Positions 37,210 through 49,989 of a DNA stretch of 64,000 bases are shown here, piece by piece. Origin of the DNA: Myxococcota bacterium (lineage in GTDB: Bacteria > Myxococcota_A > UBA9160 > JAFDDA01); NCBI GenBank assembly GCA_965228475.1, contig OZ245817.1, forward strand, positions 4,192,001 to 4,256,000. The letters run 5' to 3'. How positions within the stretch are numbered: position 1 is the stretch's first letter; every line of letters starts with the position of its first letter. The position numbers were made by a program, and so were the translations under genes. The notes under the pieces were generated by a model that was not told where the DNA came from, ran no database searches, and was given only the letters and a program-made list of their open reading frames with translations.

Positions 37210-38313
37210 ATGCGTACCGGCCCCCTGCCCTCGTTCGCTCTCGGCCTTGCCCTGGCCTGCCAGGCGCTCCCGACCGCCGCGGCCGGGCCGAAGATGGGCG
37301 TCGCCGAGGAGAAGTCGACGATCCAGCGCGGCGCGAGCCCGACCGCACGCGAGGCCTCTCCCACCCTGACGCCGCGACGTCCGGCCGAGAGTCCGGCGGC
37401 CGGGGACACCCGGGCCACCGAGAGCCCGAACGCCCTGCGCCCCGCGCGCCCGGGCATCGCGAACCCGGCGCGGCGCTACGGCCCGAGCGGCACCCTGAGC
37501 CCCGGGGACGAAGCCGTCGACGGCAGCGCCGATGGCCTCGGTTTCGCACCCGACCCTTGCGGCGACCGCTACGCCATCGAGACGATCCAGGCGAGCCCGC
37601 CCCTCGACCCGGGCGAGCAGATCCACATCCACGGCTGCGGCTTCGGGTCGAACCCGCCCGGCGGCGAGGTCCGCCTGCTCGGCGACTTCCCCGGCGGCTA
37701 CCTGAAGCTCAACCGCTACGGCTGGACCCCCCACGGCATCATCGCCGTCGTGCCGCAGGTCGAGGGCGTGAAGGACATGCCCGAGGCGCGCCTCCAGGTG
37801 ATCCGCCACGACGGCACCCCGAGCAACTGGTTCGACGCGGGCGGCTTCCGCGCCGCACGGGAGGCGAAGAAGATCCATCCTCAGCACGTCGGGATCTCCT
37901 GCGGCGCCGCGAACGCCGCGGAGTGCAATCTGGCCAAGAGCTTCCCCCTGGCCGAGGCCGACTTCTTCCAGAACGCGAGCTTCGCGGCAAAGCACCAGAC
38001 GAGCATCGCTCCGAAGGAGGACTGCTCGGCCCTCGAGATGCTCGGCTCGAGCCATCACCAGGGAACGGACGCGGTGACGATCGACCTGAAGAACGATTGG
38101 AAGCTCACGGGAGCGTGGGCCTGGAGTTGGGGCAAGACCACCGGCAACGGCACGGTGACGGGCCCGCCGTCCGTTCCCTCCGGCGTGTCGAACGCGACGC
38201 TGCAGTTCGATTGGACGGCCTTCGCCAACGCCTGCCAGGGGCCCCACGCCTCGGGCGTCCGCTACCGGGTCGAGATCTGGGCCGAAGGGCCGAAGGGCGT
38301 CCCGTACCACTAG
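37210..38313 (+). CDS. Secreted hypothetical protein (low-complexity linker, IPT/Ig-like domain, Cys-containing C-terminal domain)
   Basis: ATG after GGAGG; signal peptide; PGEQIHIHGCGFGS...WTPHGIIAVVP is IPT/TIG-like. Confidence 0.7.
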   Translation: MRTGPLPSFALGLALACQALPTAAAGPKMGVAEEKSTIQRGASPTAREASPTLTPRRPAESPAAGDTRATESPNALRPARPGIANPARRYGPSGTLSPGDEAVDGSADGLGFAPDPCGDRYAIETIQASPPLDPGEQIHIHGCGFGSNPPGGEVRLLGDFPGGYLKLNRYGWTPHGIIAVVPQVEGVKDMPEARLQVIRHDGTPSNWFDAGGFRAAREAKKIHPQHVGISCGAANAAECNLAKSFPLAEADFFQNASFAAKHQTSIAPKEDCSALEMLGSSHHQGTDAVTIDLKNDWKLTGAWAWSWGKTTGNGTVTGPPSVPSGVSNATLQFDWTAFANACQGPHASGVRYRVEIWAEGPKGVPYH

Positions 38314-38329
38314 GCCGGAGCGGCGCTTC

Positions 38330-40252
38330 CTAGCCGTCCGCGTCGGCCGGGAACCCGGCCATCAGCTCGAGGATCGCCGCGCCGTAGCGCTCCGCCTTGG
38401 CGGGACCGATCCCGTGGCAGGAGAGGAGCTCCTCCTCGTCGCGCGGCGCGCGCGCCGCGACGTCCCGAAGCGTGCGGTCGCTCGCGACGACGTAGGCCGG
38501 GACGGCGTCGGCCCGGGCCATGTCGAGGCGCCAGTGGCGGAGCGCCTCGAAGCGCGCCTCGCCCGCCGCATCGAGAGCGAGCTCTTCGCCGGCCGTCGCC
38601 CGGCTCTTTCGCCGCGACCCAGTCTTCCCCGAGGGCCGCGGGCCCGCGGAGCGCGGCAGCATGATGCGCGGCGGAAGCTCCCCGCGCATCACCGCACCGC
38701 CGGATTCCGTCAGCCGCAGGACCGGCCGGTCGCCACCGGAGAAGACGACCCAGCCGGCGGTCACGAGGCGCCGGACCAGACGGCGCAGGAACGGTTCACT
38801 TCGATCCGCAAGCGCCCCGAACGTCGGCGTCGCCGAGAGGCCCGTGCGGTCGAGCCGCTCGTCGGCCGTCCCGCGCAGGAGCTTCAGCGCCGCCGAGAGG
38901 CCGAAGCGGTCGTGGACGCGGGCCACGCCCGAGAGCGCCTTGCGAACCACGAGGCTCACCTCCTCCGGGTCGTCCGCCGGGGCGTCGGCGAGCTCGCGGC
39001 ACACGTCACAGATGCCGCAGCCCGAGAGCGTCTCGGCCTCGTCGCCGAAGTAGCGGAGCACCGCATCGTGCCGGCAGCTCCCGCCGTCGGCGTAGCGGAT
39101 CAGCTCGAGGAAGAGGTTCCACTTGTGCTCGACGACCTCGGGCTCCGGGCGCTCGCCGTCCGAGCCGCGTTCGAGCAGGTGCCGCCGCAGGCCGAGGTCC
39201 CGGGAGGCGTGGAGCAGGAGGCCGAGCGCCGGCTTGCCGTCGCGCCCGGCGCGGCCCACCTCCTGGTAGTAGGCCTCGAGAGAGCCCGGCGGGCCGAGGT
39301 GCACGACGGCGCGCACGTCCGCGCGGTCGATGCCCATGCCGAAGGCGTTGGTCGCCACGACGACGCTACGCTCGCCGGCCATGAAGGCCCGCTGGGTCGC
39401 TTCGCGCTCGGCTGCGGACAGGCCCGCGTGGTAGCAGCCCGTCGACCAGCCGGCGGCCGCGAGGCGTTCGGCCTCCGCTTCGGCCGCCCGGCGCGTCGGC
39501 GAGTAGACGATCGCCGCCCCTTCGGAGGGACTCTCGGGGTCGCGCAGCGCCTCCGCGAGCGCCGCGTCGATGGCGTCTTCGCGCTCGCGCCGCGTCTCGG
39601 TCTCGAGCGCGCGCAGGGAGAGGTTCGGGCGCGCAAAGCCGGTGACGATCTGCGGGGTCTCGGCCGGCAGCCCGAGCCGGGAGATGATCTCGTCGCGCAC
39701 GACGGGCGTCGCGGTCGCCGTGCAGGCGAGGATCCGCGCGCCCGGGAGTGCGGCGACCACGCCGCCGATCTCCATGTACTCGGGCCGGAAGTCGTGCCCC
39801 CACTCGCTGATGCAGTGCGCCTCGTCCACCGCGACGAGCGGGCAGTCGAGCTCGGCGAGCAGCGCGCGGAAGGCCGGCTGGGCGAGCCGTTCCGGCGCGA
39901 CGTAGACGATCCGGTAGCGGCCCTCGGCGACGCCGGCGAGACGGGAGCGGATCTCCCCCGGCTCGAGGGTCGAAGCCAGGTAGGTCGCGGGGACGCCGAT
40001 CGTTTCGAGGGCGCTCACCTGGTCGTGCATCAGCGCGATGAGCGGCGAGATCACGAGGGAGGTTCCGGAGAGAAGGCTCGCGGGCAGCTGGTAGGTGAGG
40101 CTCTTGCCGCCGCCCGTCGGCGCCACGAGCAGGAGCCGCCCGTCGCCGAGCAGGGTCTCGATGGCCTCCCGCTGGCCCGGCCGGAACGACGCGTGCCCGA
40201 AACGAGCGAGCGCTGCGTCGAGCGACCCTGTCTCCTCACCACCCCGATGCAT
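38330..40252 (-). CDS. recQ: ATP-dependent DNA helicase RecQ
   Basis: PTGGGKS, VDEAHCISEWGHDFRP, ATNAFGMGID, QEVGRAGRDG, Zn Cys cluster, RQC and HRDC domains. Confidence 0.95.
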   Translation of the reverse strand: MHRGGEETGSLDAALARFGHASFRPGQREAIETLLGDGRLLLVAPTGGGKSLTYQLPASLLSGTSLVISPLIALMHDQVSALETIGVPATYLASTLEPGEIRSRLAGVAEGRYRIVYVAPERLAQPAFRALLAELDCPLVAVDEAHCISEWGHDFRPEYMEIGGVVAALPGARILACTATATPVVRDEIISRLGLPAETPQIVTGFARPNLSLRALETETRREREDAIDAALAEALRDPESPSEGAAIVYSPTRRAAEAEAERLAAAGWSTGCYHAGLSAAEREATQRAFMAGERSVVVATNAFGMGIDRADVRAVVHLGPPGSLEAYYQEVGRAGRDGKPALGLLLHASRDLGLRRHLLERGSDGERPEPEVVEHKWNLFLELIRYADGGSCRHDAVLRYFGDEAETLSGCGICDVCRELADAPADDPEEVSLVVRKALSGVARVHDRFGLSAALKLLRGTADERLDRTGLSATPTFGALADRSEPFLRRLVRRLVTAGWVVFSGGDRPVLRLTESGGAVMRGELPPRIMLPRSAGPRPSGKTGSRRKSRATAGEELALDAAGEARFEALRHWRLDMARADAVPAYVVASDRTLRDVAARAPRDEEELLSCHGIGPAKAERYGAAILELMAGFPADADG

Positions 40253-40383
40253 CACCGGCGATGATTCCACCCCCTCGGGCCTTTGGAAAGGCCGCCGGGC
40301 GCCTCGATCCTGGCTCGACGTCGACGTGAACGATAGTTTCCGAGCGCGGCGCGGCTCGGCTCTGCGGGTCGGCCGGAGGAACG

Positions 40384-41627
40384 ATGTCTCGAGACGAAGA
40401 GGAAGGCGCCGGAGAGCGGGGGCCGCACGCCAGGCCGGGCGTCGTCGCCAAGTTCGCGCTCCTGCTGGGAACGCTCGCATTCTGCGCGGGCTTCGCCGAG
40501 TTCGCCTTCCGCCTCGTCGGCTACTCCTCCCTCTACGACGTCTACTCGAAGCCATCCCTCTTCTGGCGCCACGACGCCGACCTCGGCTGGTCCCACGAGC
40601 CCGGCGCCACCGGGAACTACGTGGGCCCCCGGCCGTTCCCCATCGAGTTCGAGGCGCCGGTCCGGATCAACTCGCTCGGGCTGCGCGGGCCGGAAGTCGG
40701 CCCGAAGGCACCGGGGGAGCTCCGCCTCCTCTTCCTCGGCGACTCCGTGACGGTAGGCTTCGAGGTCGCGAACGAAGACACCTTCGTCGCGCGGATGGAG
40801 AAGCCGCTCTCGCGCCGGCTGCAGCGCCCGGTGCGCACCGTCAACGCCGCCGTGCGCGGCTACGGAACGGACCAGAGCCTCCTCTACTACCGGGAACGCG
40901 GACGCGCGCTCGAGCCGGACGTCGTGCTGCTCGTCCACTCGGACAACGACACGAACGACAACGTCACCCTGCACCGCGCGCGGCGGCCCTTCGGCAAGCC
41001 GGCCTTCGCCCTCGCCGCCGATGGTTCGCTCTCACCGGTCGGGCACCCGGTTCCGGCCTACCCGCTGTGCTCGGCCTGGATGCTCTCGGCCGAGGGGGAA
41101 GCCGTGGACGTCGGTTCGGCGGGGCAGCGAGCGGCTTGCCTGCTGCAGACGCGCTTCGCCGACCACTCGGCCGCCTTCGGCTTCGCTTCGCGCACGCTCT
41201 CCCGCTTCCCGGGAATCCTCTGGACCCTGAAGCGCTGGACGGCGCCGGCCGTACAGGACGAAAGCCGGCGCGAGAGCTCGGCCGGCCCGCCGTTGCGCCA
41301 GGCAGGACTGTTCGCGAGCGACGCCCAGGCGGCACCCGCGCTCGCCTCGGGCTTCGACCTCACGACGGCGCTCGTCGCCGAGCTCGCCCGGGAGGTCGCG
41401 GGCGATGGCGCGAAGTTCCTGCTCATCGTGACGAAGGGCGCCGACCTCGCGCAGCTCGATCTGCCCCGGCTCGAAGCCGCGAACGTCGACGTTCGCGTCA
41501 TGAGGAGTGAGGCCGCCCCGGAGCTCATGCGCTGGCGCAACGACAGCCACCTGAACGAGGCGGGTCACCGCCACCTCGCCGACCTCCTGGTGCGCGGGCT
41601 CCTGCCGGAGCTCCGGGGGCTCGGCCG

Positions 41628-41631
<4 letters not shown>
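40384..41631 (+). CDS. Membrane-anchored SGNH/GDSL hydrolase
   Basis: RINSLGLRG, FLGDSVT, NAAVRGYGTDQ, DSHLN. Confidence 0.88.
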
Positions 41632-43442
<1,811 letters not shown>

Positions 43443-43510
43443 CGGCGCCTCCCGCGGAGGGCCCTCGAGGAGAAAGCCCCCGAGGAAGGTAACCATTGTC
43501 CCCCGGTTCT

Positions 43511-44950
43511 CTAGGGAATCGACGGGAAATGCGCGGGATTCCGACGATCGCCGCGGCGTTCGGGAACGCTCCTTTCGAACGCCGGTTTGGGCGGATGGAG
43601 GCGCGCCTCGAGGCGCGGGCCATAGAAGGCGCGCGCGTTGCGCGAGAGCAACCGCTCCTTGAAATTTTCCGAGAACGCGGCGTTTTCGGCGATCGCAGCG
43701 ACGCAGCCGCCGAGTTCCGCATCCCAGTGGCCGTAGTCGACGGCCAGCCCGCAAAGCGTTTCACCGACGGGGCCGAGGCCCTCCCGCAGGAGTGTCGGGG
43801 ACGGATCCCCGGGCTCGCACGAGAAGAACGTCCGCCCTTCGGCGAGATAGGAGAGCGGGTCGCTCTGGATCGCCGGATGCTCATGGCGGAAACGCTCGAG
43901 CTCTTCGGGCGAGACCTCCTTCTCGCTCTCGCTGAAGAGCATGCGCATGAAGCCGCGCGCCTGTCCGAGCATGCGGCGCGAACCGACCCGCTGTTCTCGG
44001 GCCAGCTCGAGCAGGAAGTCGCGCGGCCGGACCTCGACGCTCGGGTCGAAGTGCGCGATGCGCTTCTCCCAATGTTCGTGCAGGCTCCACATGAAATCGG
44101 GCAGCCAGCCGCAACCGGCCTCGAGGAAGCCGAAGCGCAGGCGCGGAAACGCGTCGAAGGTGCCGTCGAACAGGAGCCGTGCGAGCGCCATCTGCTGGAG
44201 GCTGCGGTTCGCGAACACGTGGACGAGGGTGAAGCTGTCGAGCTGGTCGGAGGCTCCGCCGGCAAGACCGACCCCCGGTGCCCCGTGGAGGCCGATCGCC
44301 ACGTCGAGCTGCTCCGCCCGCTCGAGCAGCGGCTCGAAGTCCGGGTGAGAAAGGTGCTTCGGGACGCGGACCTCCGGGAAGGCCTCCGGCGCCGCCGGGT
44401 GCGGCATGGGCACGTGCGGCGCGGCCGTCACCGCGACCATCCCGAGCGATTCGACGCAGCGCTCGAGCTCGAGGACCGCCTCGGCCGGGTCCTGGATCGG
44501 CAGCACGCCGACCGGGTGGAGGCGATGGCGATGCGGCGCGCAGTCGTCGCGGATGTAGTCGTTGTAGGCGCGGCACAGGGCGACGCCGAGCTCGCGATCG
44601 ATCAGGGAGCTGAATGCCAGGGTGATCGAGCCGTAGACCACCTGGTGGTCGATGCCCTCGCGGTCCATGTGCTCGATGCGCACGCGGTTGAAGATCCCGC
44701 CGAGGGAGGACTCGCGGTGGTAGGGACGGTAGGTCCCCTTGCCGTAGCCCTCGGGCTGGAGGAAGACGCGCGCGAGCTCGTTGCGTCCCGTGCGGGGATC
44801 GCGGTCGAGGATGCGGAAACGCTGCTCGCCGTACCGATCGCGGATGAAGTCGATGCGATCCCGGAAGGGCCGCTCGATGTAGTCGAGCAGGACGATCGGG
44901 TTCTCGCACTTGTGGCTGTCGGCATCGACGACGGGCTGCCCATGGATCAT
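43511..44950 (-). CDS. Amidohydrolase_2 family protein
   Basis: VVDADSH, EHMDREGID, RAYND, GFLEAGCGW, VDYGHWD. Confidence 0.88.
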   Translation of the reverse strand: MIHGQPVVDADSHKCENPIVLLDYIERPFRDRIDFIRDRYGEQRFRILDRDPRTGRNELARVFLQPEGYGKGTYRPYHRESSLGGIFNRVRIEHMDREGIDHQVVYGSITLAFSSLIDRELGVALCRAYNDYIRDDCAPHRHRLHPVGVLPIQDPAEAVLELERCVESLGMVAVTAAPHVPMPHPAAPEAFPEVRVPKHLSHPDFEPLLERAEQLDVAIGLHGAPGVGLAGGASDQLDSFTLVHVFANRSLQQMALARLLFDGTFDAFPRLRFGFLEAGCGWLPDFMWSLHEHWEKRIAHFDPSVEVRPRDFLLELAREQRVGSRRMLGQARGFMRMLFSESEKEVSPEELERFRHEHPAIQSDPLSYLAEGRTFFSCEPGDPSPTLLREGLGPVGETLCGLAVDYGHWDAELGGCVAAIAENAAFSENFKERLLSRNARAFYGPRLEARLHPPKPAFERSVPERRGDRRNPAHFPSIP

Positions 44951-45074
44951 GTCGGCCCCTTCGGCTGCGGTCGGGTTGCGTCCCCGTTTCCTCCTGGTTC
45001 GGCCATCGCGAGCGCGCACTTGAGGGCTCAACCCGGGCGTCGAATCAGCCGATTCCGGGGGTCGGAGGAAAACC

Positions 45075-46046
45075 GTGCCCGATCCCGAATTCCCGGAAGC
45101 CGCCGCGCTCCGGCTCGACCCGTTCCAACCGCTCTCCGAGGGCGATCGGCGCCGGCTGCGCGCCGCCCTGGCGCGGAACTTCCGCCTCCGCGACGGCGAG
45201 GCCGACCGCGAGCGGGGCCGGCTCCCCCTGCGCGAGACCTTCTTCGCACGGCTGCTTCCCGCAACGCCCTGCCCCGCCGTCGAGCCGGAGGCGCAGCGGC
45301 GTTACGCCCACCGCGCGGCGCCGGCGGACCTCGATCCGAGGGCGCTGTTCGCCATCGCCGTCGGCAAGGCCAACCGCGGCGAGGCCTACGGTGTCGAGTA
45401 CGAGCTGGCGCGGCTCTCCCGGCACGGCTTCGCCGGCGTGGACCGGCAGTTCCTCCACGTCGCCCTCGAAGAGCGCTACCACACGCGCCTGCTCGCCGAA
45501 GCGTGCAAGGCCTGCGGCGCACCGTTCGAGCTGGCGCCGCCGCCGTTTCTCCTGCGCGGTGTGATCCGGGCGATGTCCTGGCTCCCGGAGCGGGTCCGCT
45601 TCGTGCTCATCCTCTGCAGCGAGAGCGTCGGCGCCGTGCTCTTCCAGATCCTGCGCGAACGTTCGGCGGCCTATGCATCCCGGCCCGAGGTGGCCGAACG
45701 GCTCGCACTCCTGCTCGGCGAAGTCTGGCGCGACGAGCTGACCCACGTGGCCTACTGCCGGGCGCGCCTCCACCCGGCCCTGCTGCCGGTCGCGCGCTGG
45801 CTCCAGCCGATCGTGGCGCGTGCGCTGCTCGGTCAGGTTCCGGAGTTCGCCGCGCTCGGAGGGGGTCGGCCCGCGACGCTCGAACGCATCGCCCGCCCGC
45901 TCGAGCTGCCGGAAGATCTCGCCTGGGCGGCTACGAGCGGCACCGCACGTCCCGCCCGGACGACCCGGGAGGAGCGGCCGCCGACGGCACCGGCTCGCGG
46001 CCCGCGACCGCGGCCGAGCGCGCCGCCGGCCCCGCCGGCCGCCTGA
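45075..46046 (+). CDS. Ferritin-like diiron domain protein
   Basis: EAYGVE, EERYH, SESVG and DELTH ligand pattern. Confidence 0.72.
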   Translation: MPDPEFPEAAALRLDPFQPLSEGDRRRLRAALARNFRLRDGEADRERGRLPLRETFFARLLPATPCPAVEPEAQRRYAHRAAPADLDPRALFAIAVGKANRGEAYGVEYELARLSRHGFAGVDRQFLHVALEERYHTRLLAEACKACGAPFELAPPPFLLRGVIRAMSWLPERVRFVLILCSESVGAVLFQILRERSAAYASRPEVAERLALLLGEVWRDELTHVAYCRARLHPALLPVARWLQPIVARALLGQVPEFAALGGGRPATLERIARPLELPEDLAWAATSGTARPARTTREERPPTAPARGPRPRPSAPPAPPAA

Positions 46047-46067
46047 GCCCGTTCGCAGGGGAAGGCA

Positions 46068-46592
46068 CTAGCGCCGGAGCGGAACGACCTTCTGGAGATC
46101 TCCGGCCGGGAACGCCTCGCCCCGAACGAAGGCGCCGATCCCGGCGTCCATCACGCCGAAGAAGTTCGCGAGCGCTGCGAGCCGGCGTTCGAGTTCCTGG
46201 GCCCGGGCCTTGGCCTCCTGGCCCCGGCCGGGCGAAGGCGCGGCCGCGCGCGTCTCCTCGACGGTCGTGAGCACCTGACGGACCGTCCAGCGGAAGCGAC
46301 GCTCGAGGATCTCCTGCATGGCGCGGAAGAAATCGCTCGCCGCCTCGTAGTGATCCTTGCGAGAACCGGTCACGGTGCGGCGCCGGACGAGATGCCACTC
46401 GGCCAGCACCCGGACGTTGATCGAGACGTTGCTCTTGCTCTGCTGCAGCTCGGAGGCGATCTCGTCCAGGGAGAGCGCGCGCCCCTCCATGTAGAGCAGG
46501 GCGAAGATCTGGGCCTGGGCGGAGGTCAGGATGCCCGAGCTCGCGGCGGCGGCGCCGAGGCCATCGACGAAGGTGGCGGTCGTTCGTTCCAT
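46068..46592 (-). CDS. GbsR/MarR family transcriptional regulator
   Basis: IFALLY...LSLDEIASELQQSKSNVS...GSRKDHYEA. Confidence 0.88.
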   Translation of the reverse strand: MERTTATFVDGLGAAAASSGILTSAQAQIFALLYMEGRALSLDEIASELQQSKSNVSINVRVLAEWHLVRRRTVTGSRKDHYEAASDFFRAMQEILERRFRWTVRQVLTTVEETRAAAPSPGRGQEAKARAQELERRLAALANFFGVMDAGIGAFVRGEAFPAGDLQKVVPLRR

Positions 46593-46596
46593 CCGC

Positions 46597-47400
46597 TCAG
46601 GATGCCACGGATTCGCGCGCCCGCAGGGCACGCCGCCGCTCGCGCAGGGCATCCACGATGGCGAAGTTGATCGCACCTCCGACGACCACCAGGATCGCCC
46701 AGAGCCCTCCGTCGGCGAAGAGGTTCGCGTGGGATCCGCGCAGCCAGAACGCCGCGGCCACGCCGGCCGCGAGCCCCAGGTAGGGCAGCTCGCGCGCGCG
46801 CAGCGGCGTCCGGCCCGAGAGCACCGCGGCGAAGGGAAACATCGAGGTCGCCGCCAGATAGGCCCGATACGGCTCGCCCCGCTCGCGCAGGAGCTTTCGG
46901 TCCTGGTGCGCCGCCCCGACGAGCACGAAGACGGCCATCGAGCCCATGAACACGGCGCCGACGAGACGCGGGGCCAGGAGAACGTGGCTCGCACCGAGCA
47001 GGGCGAGACCGACGAAGAAGCCGTGCCGCGTCACGGTCTCGATGCCGCGCGGCCGGCTCGCCCCGACGTTGTCGAAGGCGTATGCGGAGCGCGGGTAGTC
47101 GAGCAGCGCGGCGAAGACCAGGGCGAGGCCGAAGGCGTTCACCCCGCCGAGGAAGGCTCCGAGCGGACCGGCCCCGAGGCCCGGGCCCGCGGCGCCCTCG
47201 AGCCGATGGCTCGCGAAGTCGTGCACCAGCAGGCTGAAGGTCAGCGAGGCGACGGCGTAGAACAGCAGCAGGAAGCCGTTGCGCCCGAGGCGCGCGACCA
47301 GACGAGACCGCAGGGGGTGGCTCGCGAGGAGCACGTGGCTCCCCCCGAAGAGAAGCCAGAAGGCGGCCGTACGAAAGGCCGGAACGAAGGCGGAGTCCAT
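46597..47400 (-). CDS. NnrU family membrane protein
   Basis: LFGGSHVLLA..PLRSRLV, GIETVTRHGFF, HQDRKL, TSMFPFAA. Confidence 0.8.
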   Translation of the reverse strand: MDSAFVPAFRTAAFWLLFGGSHVLLASHPLRSRLVARLGRNGFLLLFYAVASLTFSLLVHDFASHRLEGAAGPGLGAGPLGAFLGGVNAFGLALVFAALLDYPRSAYAFDNVGASRPRGIETVTRHGFFVGLALLGASHVLLAPRLVGAVFMGSMAVFVLVGAAHQDRKLLRERGEPYRAYLAATSMFPFAAVLSGRTPLRARELPYLGLAAGVAAAFWLRGSHANLFADGGLWAILVVVGGAINFAIVDALRERRRALRARESVAS

Positions 47401-47428
47401 GGTCCACTCCTCGGCGCGTCAGTTTCGT

Positions 47429-47450
47429 ACGTTTAGAATATTTTGAACGT
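47429..47450. promoter_or_regulatory. AT-rich palindrome upstream of the NnrU-GbsR pair (putative operator)
   Basis: ACGTTTAGAATATTTTGAACGT, 18/22 self-complementary in GC-rich DNA. Confidence 0.55.
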
Positions 47451-47466
47451 TCTGTCCAGACCTCGG

Positions 47467-48270
47467 TCAGTTGCCGCCGGTCATGGGAACGAAGCGGACC
47501 GGAAAGATCCGCTCGACCTCGATCCCCGCCGCCGTCCGGGTGTGGACCTCGAGCATCTGGTGGTCCGTGCCGACGGGCACCACGAGGCGACCGCCCACGG
47601 CGAGCTGCTCGAGGAGGGGCTCGGGCACCTTCGCGGGCGCCGCGGTCACCACGATGGCATCGAACGGGGCGTACTCGGGCCAGCCGGCGTGCCCGTCCCC
47701 CTGTCGGACGCGCACGTTCTCGTACTCGAGCGCCCGGAGGACGTCGCCCGCGCGCGAGGCCAGGGGCCCGACGATCTCGATCGTGAAGACTTCCGCGCCG
47801 AGCTCGGCGAGGATGGCGGCCTGGTAGCCCGAGCCCGTGCCGATCTCGAGCACCCGCGCGCCCGGGCCGACGCGGGCGAGTTCCGTCATGCGCGCGACCA
47901 CGTAGGGTTGGCTGATGGTCTGGCCGTAGCCGATCGGCAGCGGACGGTCTTCATGCGCGAAGGGACGCTCGGCCTCGCCGACGAAACGGTGGCGCGGCAC
48001 CTTGCGCAGGGCCGCGAGGACCCGGAGATCCTTGACGTCGCGCGCGACGATCTGGGATGCGACCATGCGCTCCCGGTCGGCCGCGTAGGCGGAGATCTCC
48101 TCGGTCACCGCTTCGGTGCCTCCCTGCTCGACGCTCCCGGCCGGTCCGGCGCAACCGGCGCCCGCGGCAACCAGCGCCGCGAGCCCGAGGCCTCGCAGGA
48201 CGCCGTGAAAGCGCCGGGGACGCGGCGCGCTGGAACACCGCTGCGGCTGGCCGTCGGGTCGATGGGTCAT
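47467..48270 (-). CDS. pcm: Protein-L-isoaspartate O-methyltransferase with N-terminal lipoprotein-like signal
   Basis: ATG after [53 protein letters not shown]. Confidence 0.92.
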   Translation of the reverse strand: MTHRPDGQPQRCSSAPRPRRFHGVLRGLGLAALVAAGAGCAGPAGSVEQGGTEAVTEEISAYAADRERMVASQIVARDVKDLRVLAALRKVPRHRFVGEAERPFAHEDRPLPIGYGQTISQPYVVARMTELARVGPGARVLEIGTGSGYQAAILAELGAEVFTIEIVGPLASRAGDVLRALEYENVRVRQGDGHAGWPEYAPFDAIVVTAAPAKVPEPLLEQLAVGGRLVVPVGTDHQMLEVHTRTAAGIEVERIFPVRFVPMTGGN

Positions 48271-48345
48271 GCGCCTCCTGACCGCCAGCATGCCACACAC
48301 GGGCCCCGGCTTGGCAGGGCGCGGGGCGCGGGCGACACTCGGGCC

Positions 48346-49989
48346 ATGCCCGACCGGCCCGGCACAGGGGAAACCCACGCGGTGACCAACCAGCCCTCCC
48401 CGCTCGAGGACGTCGACCTGTTCTCGTCGGACACGGCCCTGGCCGAGGGCACCGAGCGCGAAGGCGCGGCATGGGCGCGCGAGCGCCTCGAGGCCGCCGG
48501 GCGCGCGCTCGGCAGCGCCGAGACCCTCGAGCTCGGGCGCGACGCCAACCGCTACACGCCCGAGCTGCGGACCCACGACCGCTACGGCCACCGAATCGAC
48601 GAAGTCGCCTACCATCCGGCGTGGCACGACGTGATGCGGCTCGCCATGCACCACGAGATCCACGCCCTGCCCTGGCGGACGCCGCGCCCGGGCGCGCACG
48701 TCGCACGCAGCGCGCTCCATTCGATGCTCTCCCAGATCGAGGCCGGAAGCTGCTGCCCCCTCACCATGACCTTCGCCTGCGTCCCGGCCCTGCGAAACGA
48801 TGCGACGCTCGCCGCCGTATGGGAGCCGCGCGTCACCGCGACCGCATACGACCCGGTCTTGAAGCCCGCCGCGGAGAAGACCGCCTGCCTCGTCGGCATG
48901 GCCATGACCGAGAAGCAGGGCGGAAGCGACGTCCGCGCGAACACCACCGTCGCCCACGAAGCGGGCGGCGGGCACTACGAGCTCGTCGGCCACAAATGGT
49001 TCTGCTCGGCGCCGATGAGCGATGCCTTCCTCACCCTCGCCCAGACGCCCGAAGGCCTGACGTGCTTCCTGGTGCCGCGCTTCCGGCCCGACGGCACGCG
49101 CAACGCCTTCCACATCCAGCGCCTGAAGGACAAGCTCGGCAACCGCTCGAACGCGTCGAGCGAGATCGAGTACCGCGGCACCCACGCCGAGCGCCTGGGC
49201 GAGCCGGGGCGCGGCATCCGCACCATCCTCGAGATGGTCCACCACACGCGGCTCGACTGCGTCTCTGGCAGCACCGGCCTGATCCGCCACGCCGTCGCCC
49301 AGGCCGCGCACCATGCGTCCCAGCGCGAGGCCTTCGGCCGCCGGCTCGCGGAGCAGCCGCTGATGCAGAACGTGCTCGCGGACCTCGCCGTCGAGAGCGA
49401 GGCCCACACCGCGCTCATGCTGCGGCTCGCGCGCGCCTACGACGAAGGCCCCGAGGACGCCGGCGCGCGGGCCTTCGCGCGCATCGCCACCGCCGTCGGG
49501 AAGTACTGGGTCTGCAAGCGGGCGCCCGCGGCCATCGCCGAGGCGATGGAGTGCCTCGGGGGCGCGGGCTACGTGGAGGAATCGATCCTGCCCCGCCTCT
49601 ACCGGGAAGCGCCGGTGAACGCCATCTGGGAGGGCTCGGGCAACGTGATCTGCCTCGACGTCCTGCGCGCCATGGTGCGCGAACCCGACGCTCTGCCGGC
49701 CCTGCTGGCGGAGCTGCACGCGGCAAAGGGGGGCGACCGGCGGCTCGACGCCCACGTCGGCGCGCTCGAAGACGCCCTCGCGAAGCCCGAGGATGCGGAG
49801 CTGCGCGCGCGCCGGATCGTCGAGGACATGGCCACGGCGCTCGAAGCCAGCCTGCTCGTGCGGAACGCACCGCCGGCGGTCGCCGACGCCTTCTGCGCGA
49901 GCCGCCTCGGCGAGGGCTACGGCGGCTTCGGCACGCTGCCGCCCGGCGTCGACGTCGAGGCCCTCGTCGCACGAACGACCCCGGCCTAG
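48346..49989 (+). CDS. aidB: AidB-family acyl-CoA dehydrogenase
   Basis: [58 protein letters not shown]. Confidence 0.9.
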   Translation: MPDRPGTGETHAVTNQPSPLEDVDLFSSDTALAEGTEREGAAWARERLEAAGRALGSAETLELGRDANRYTPELRTHDRYGHRIDEVAYHPAWHDVMRLAMHHEIHALPWRTPRPGAHVARSALHSMLSQIEAGSCCPLTMTFACVPALRNDATLAAVWEPRVTATAYDPVLKPAAEKTACLVGMAMTEKQGGSDVRANTTVAHEAGGGHYELVGHKWFCSAPMSDAFLTLAQTPEGLTCFLVPRFRPDGTRNAFHIQRLKDKLGNRSNASSEIEYRGTHAERLGEPGRGIRTILEMVHHTRLDCVSGSTGLIRHAVAQAAHHASQREAFGRRLAEQPLMQNVLADLAVESEAHTALMLRLARAYDEGPEDAGARAFARIATAVGKYWVCKRAPAAIAEAMECLGGAGYVEESILPRLYREAPVNAIWEGSGNVICLDVLRAMVREPDALPALLAELHAAKGGDRRLDAHVGALEDALAKPEDAELRARRIVEDMATALEASLLVRNAPPAVADAFCASRLGEGYGGFGTLPPGVDVEALVARTTPA

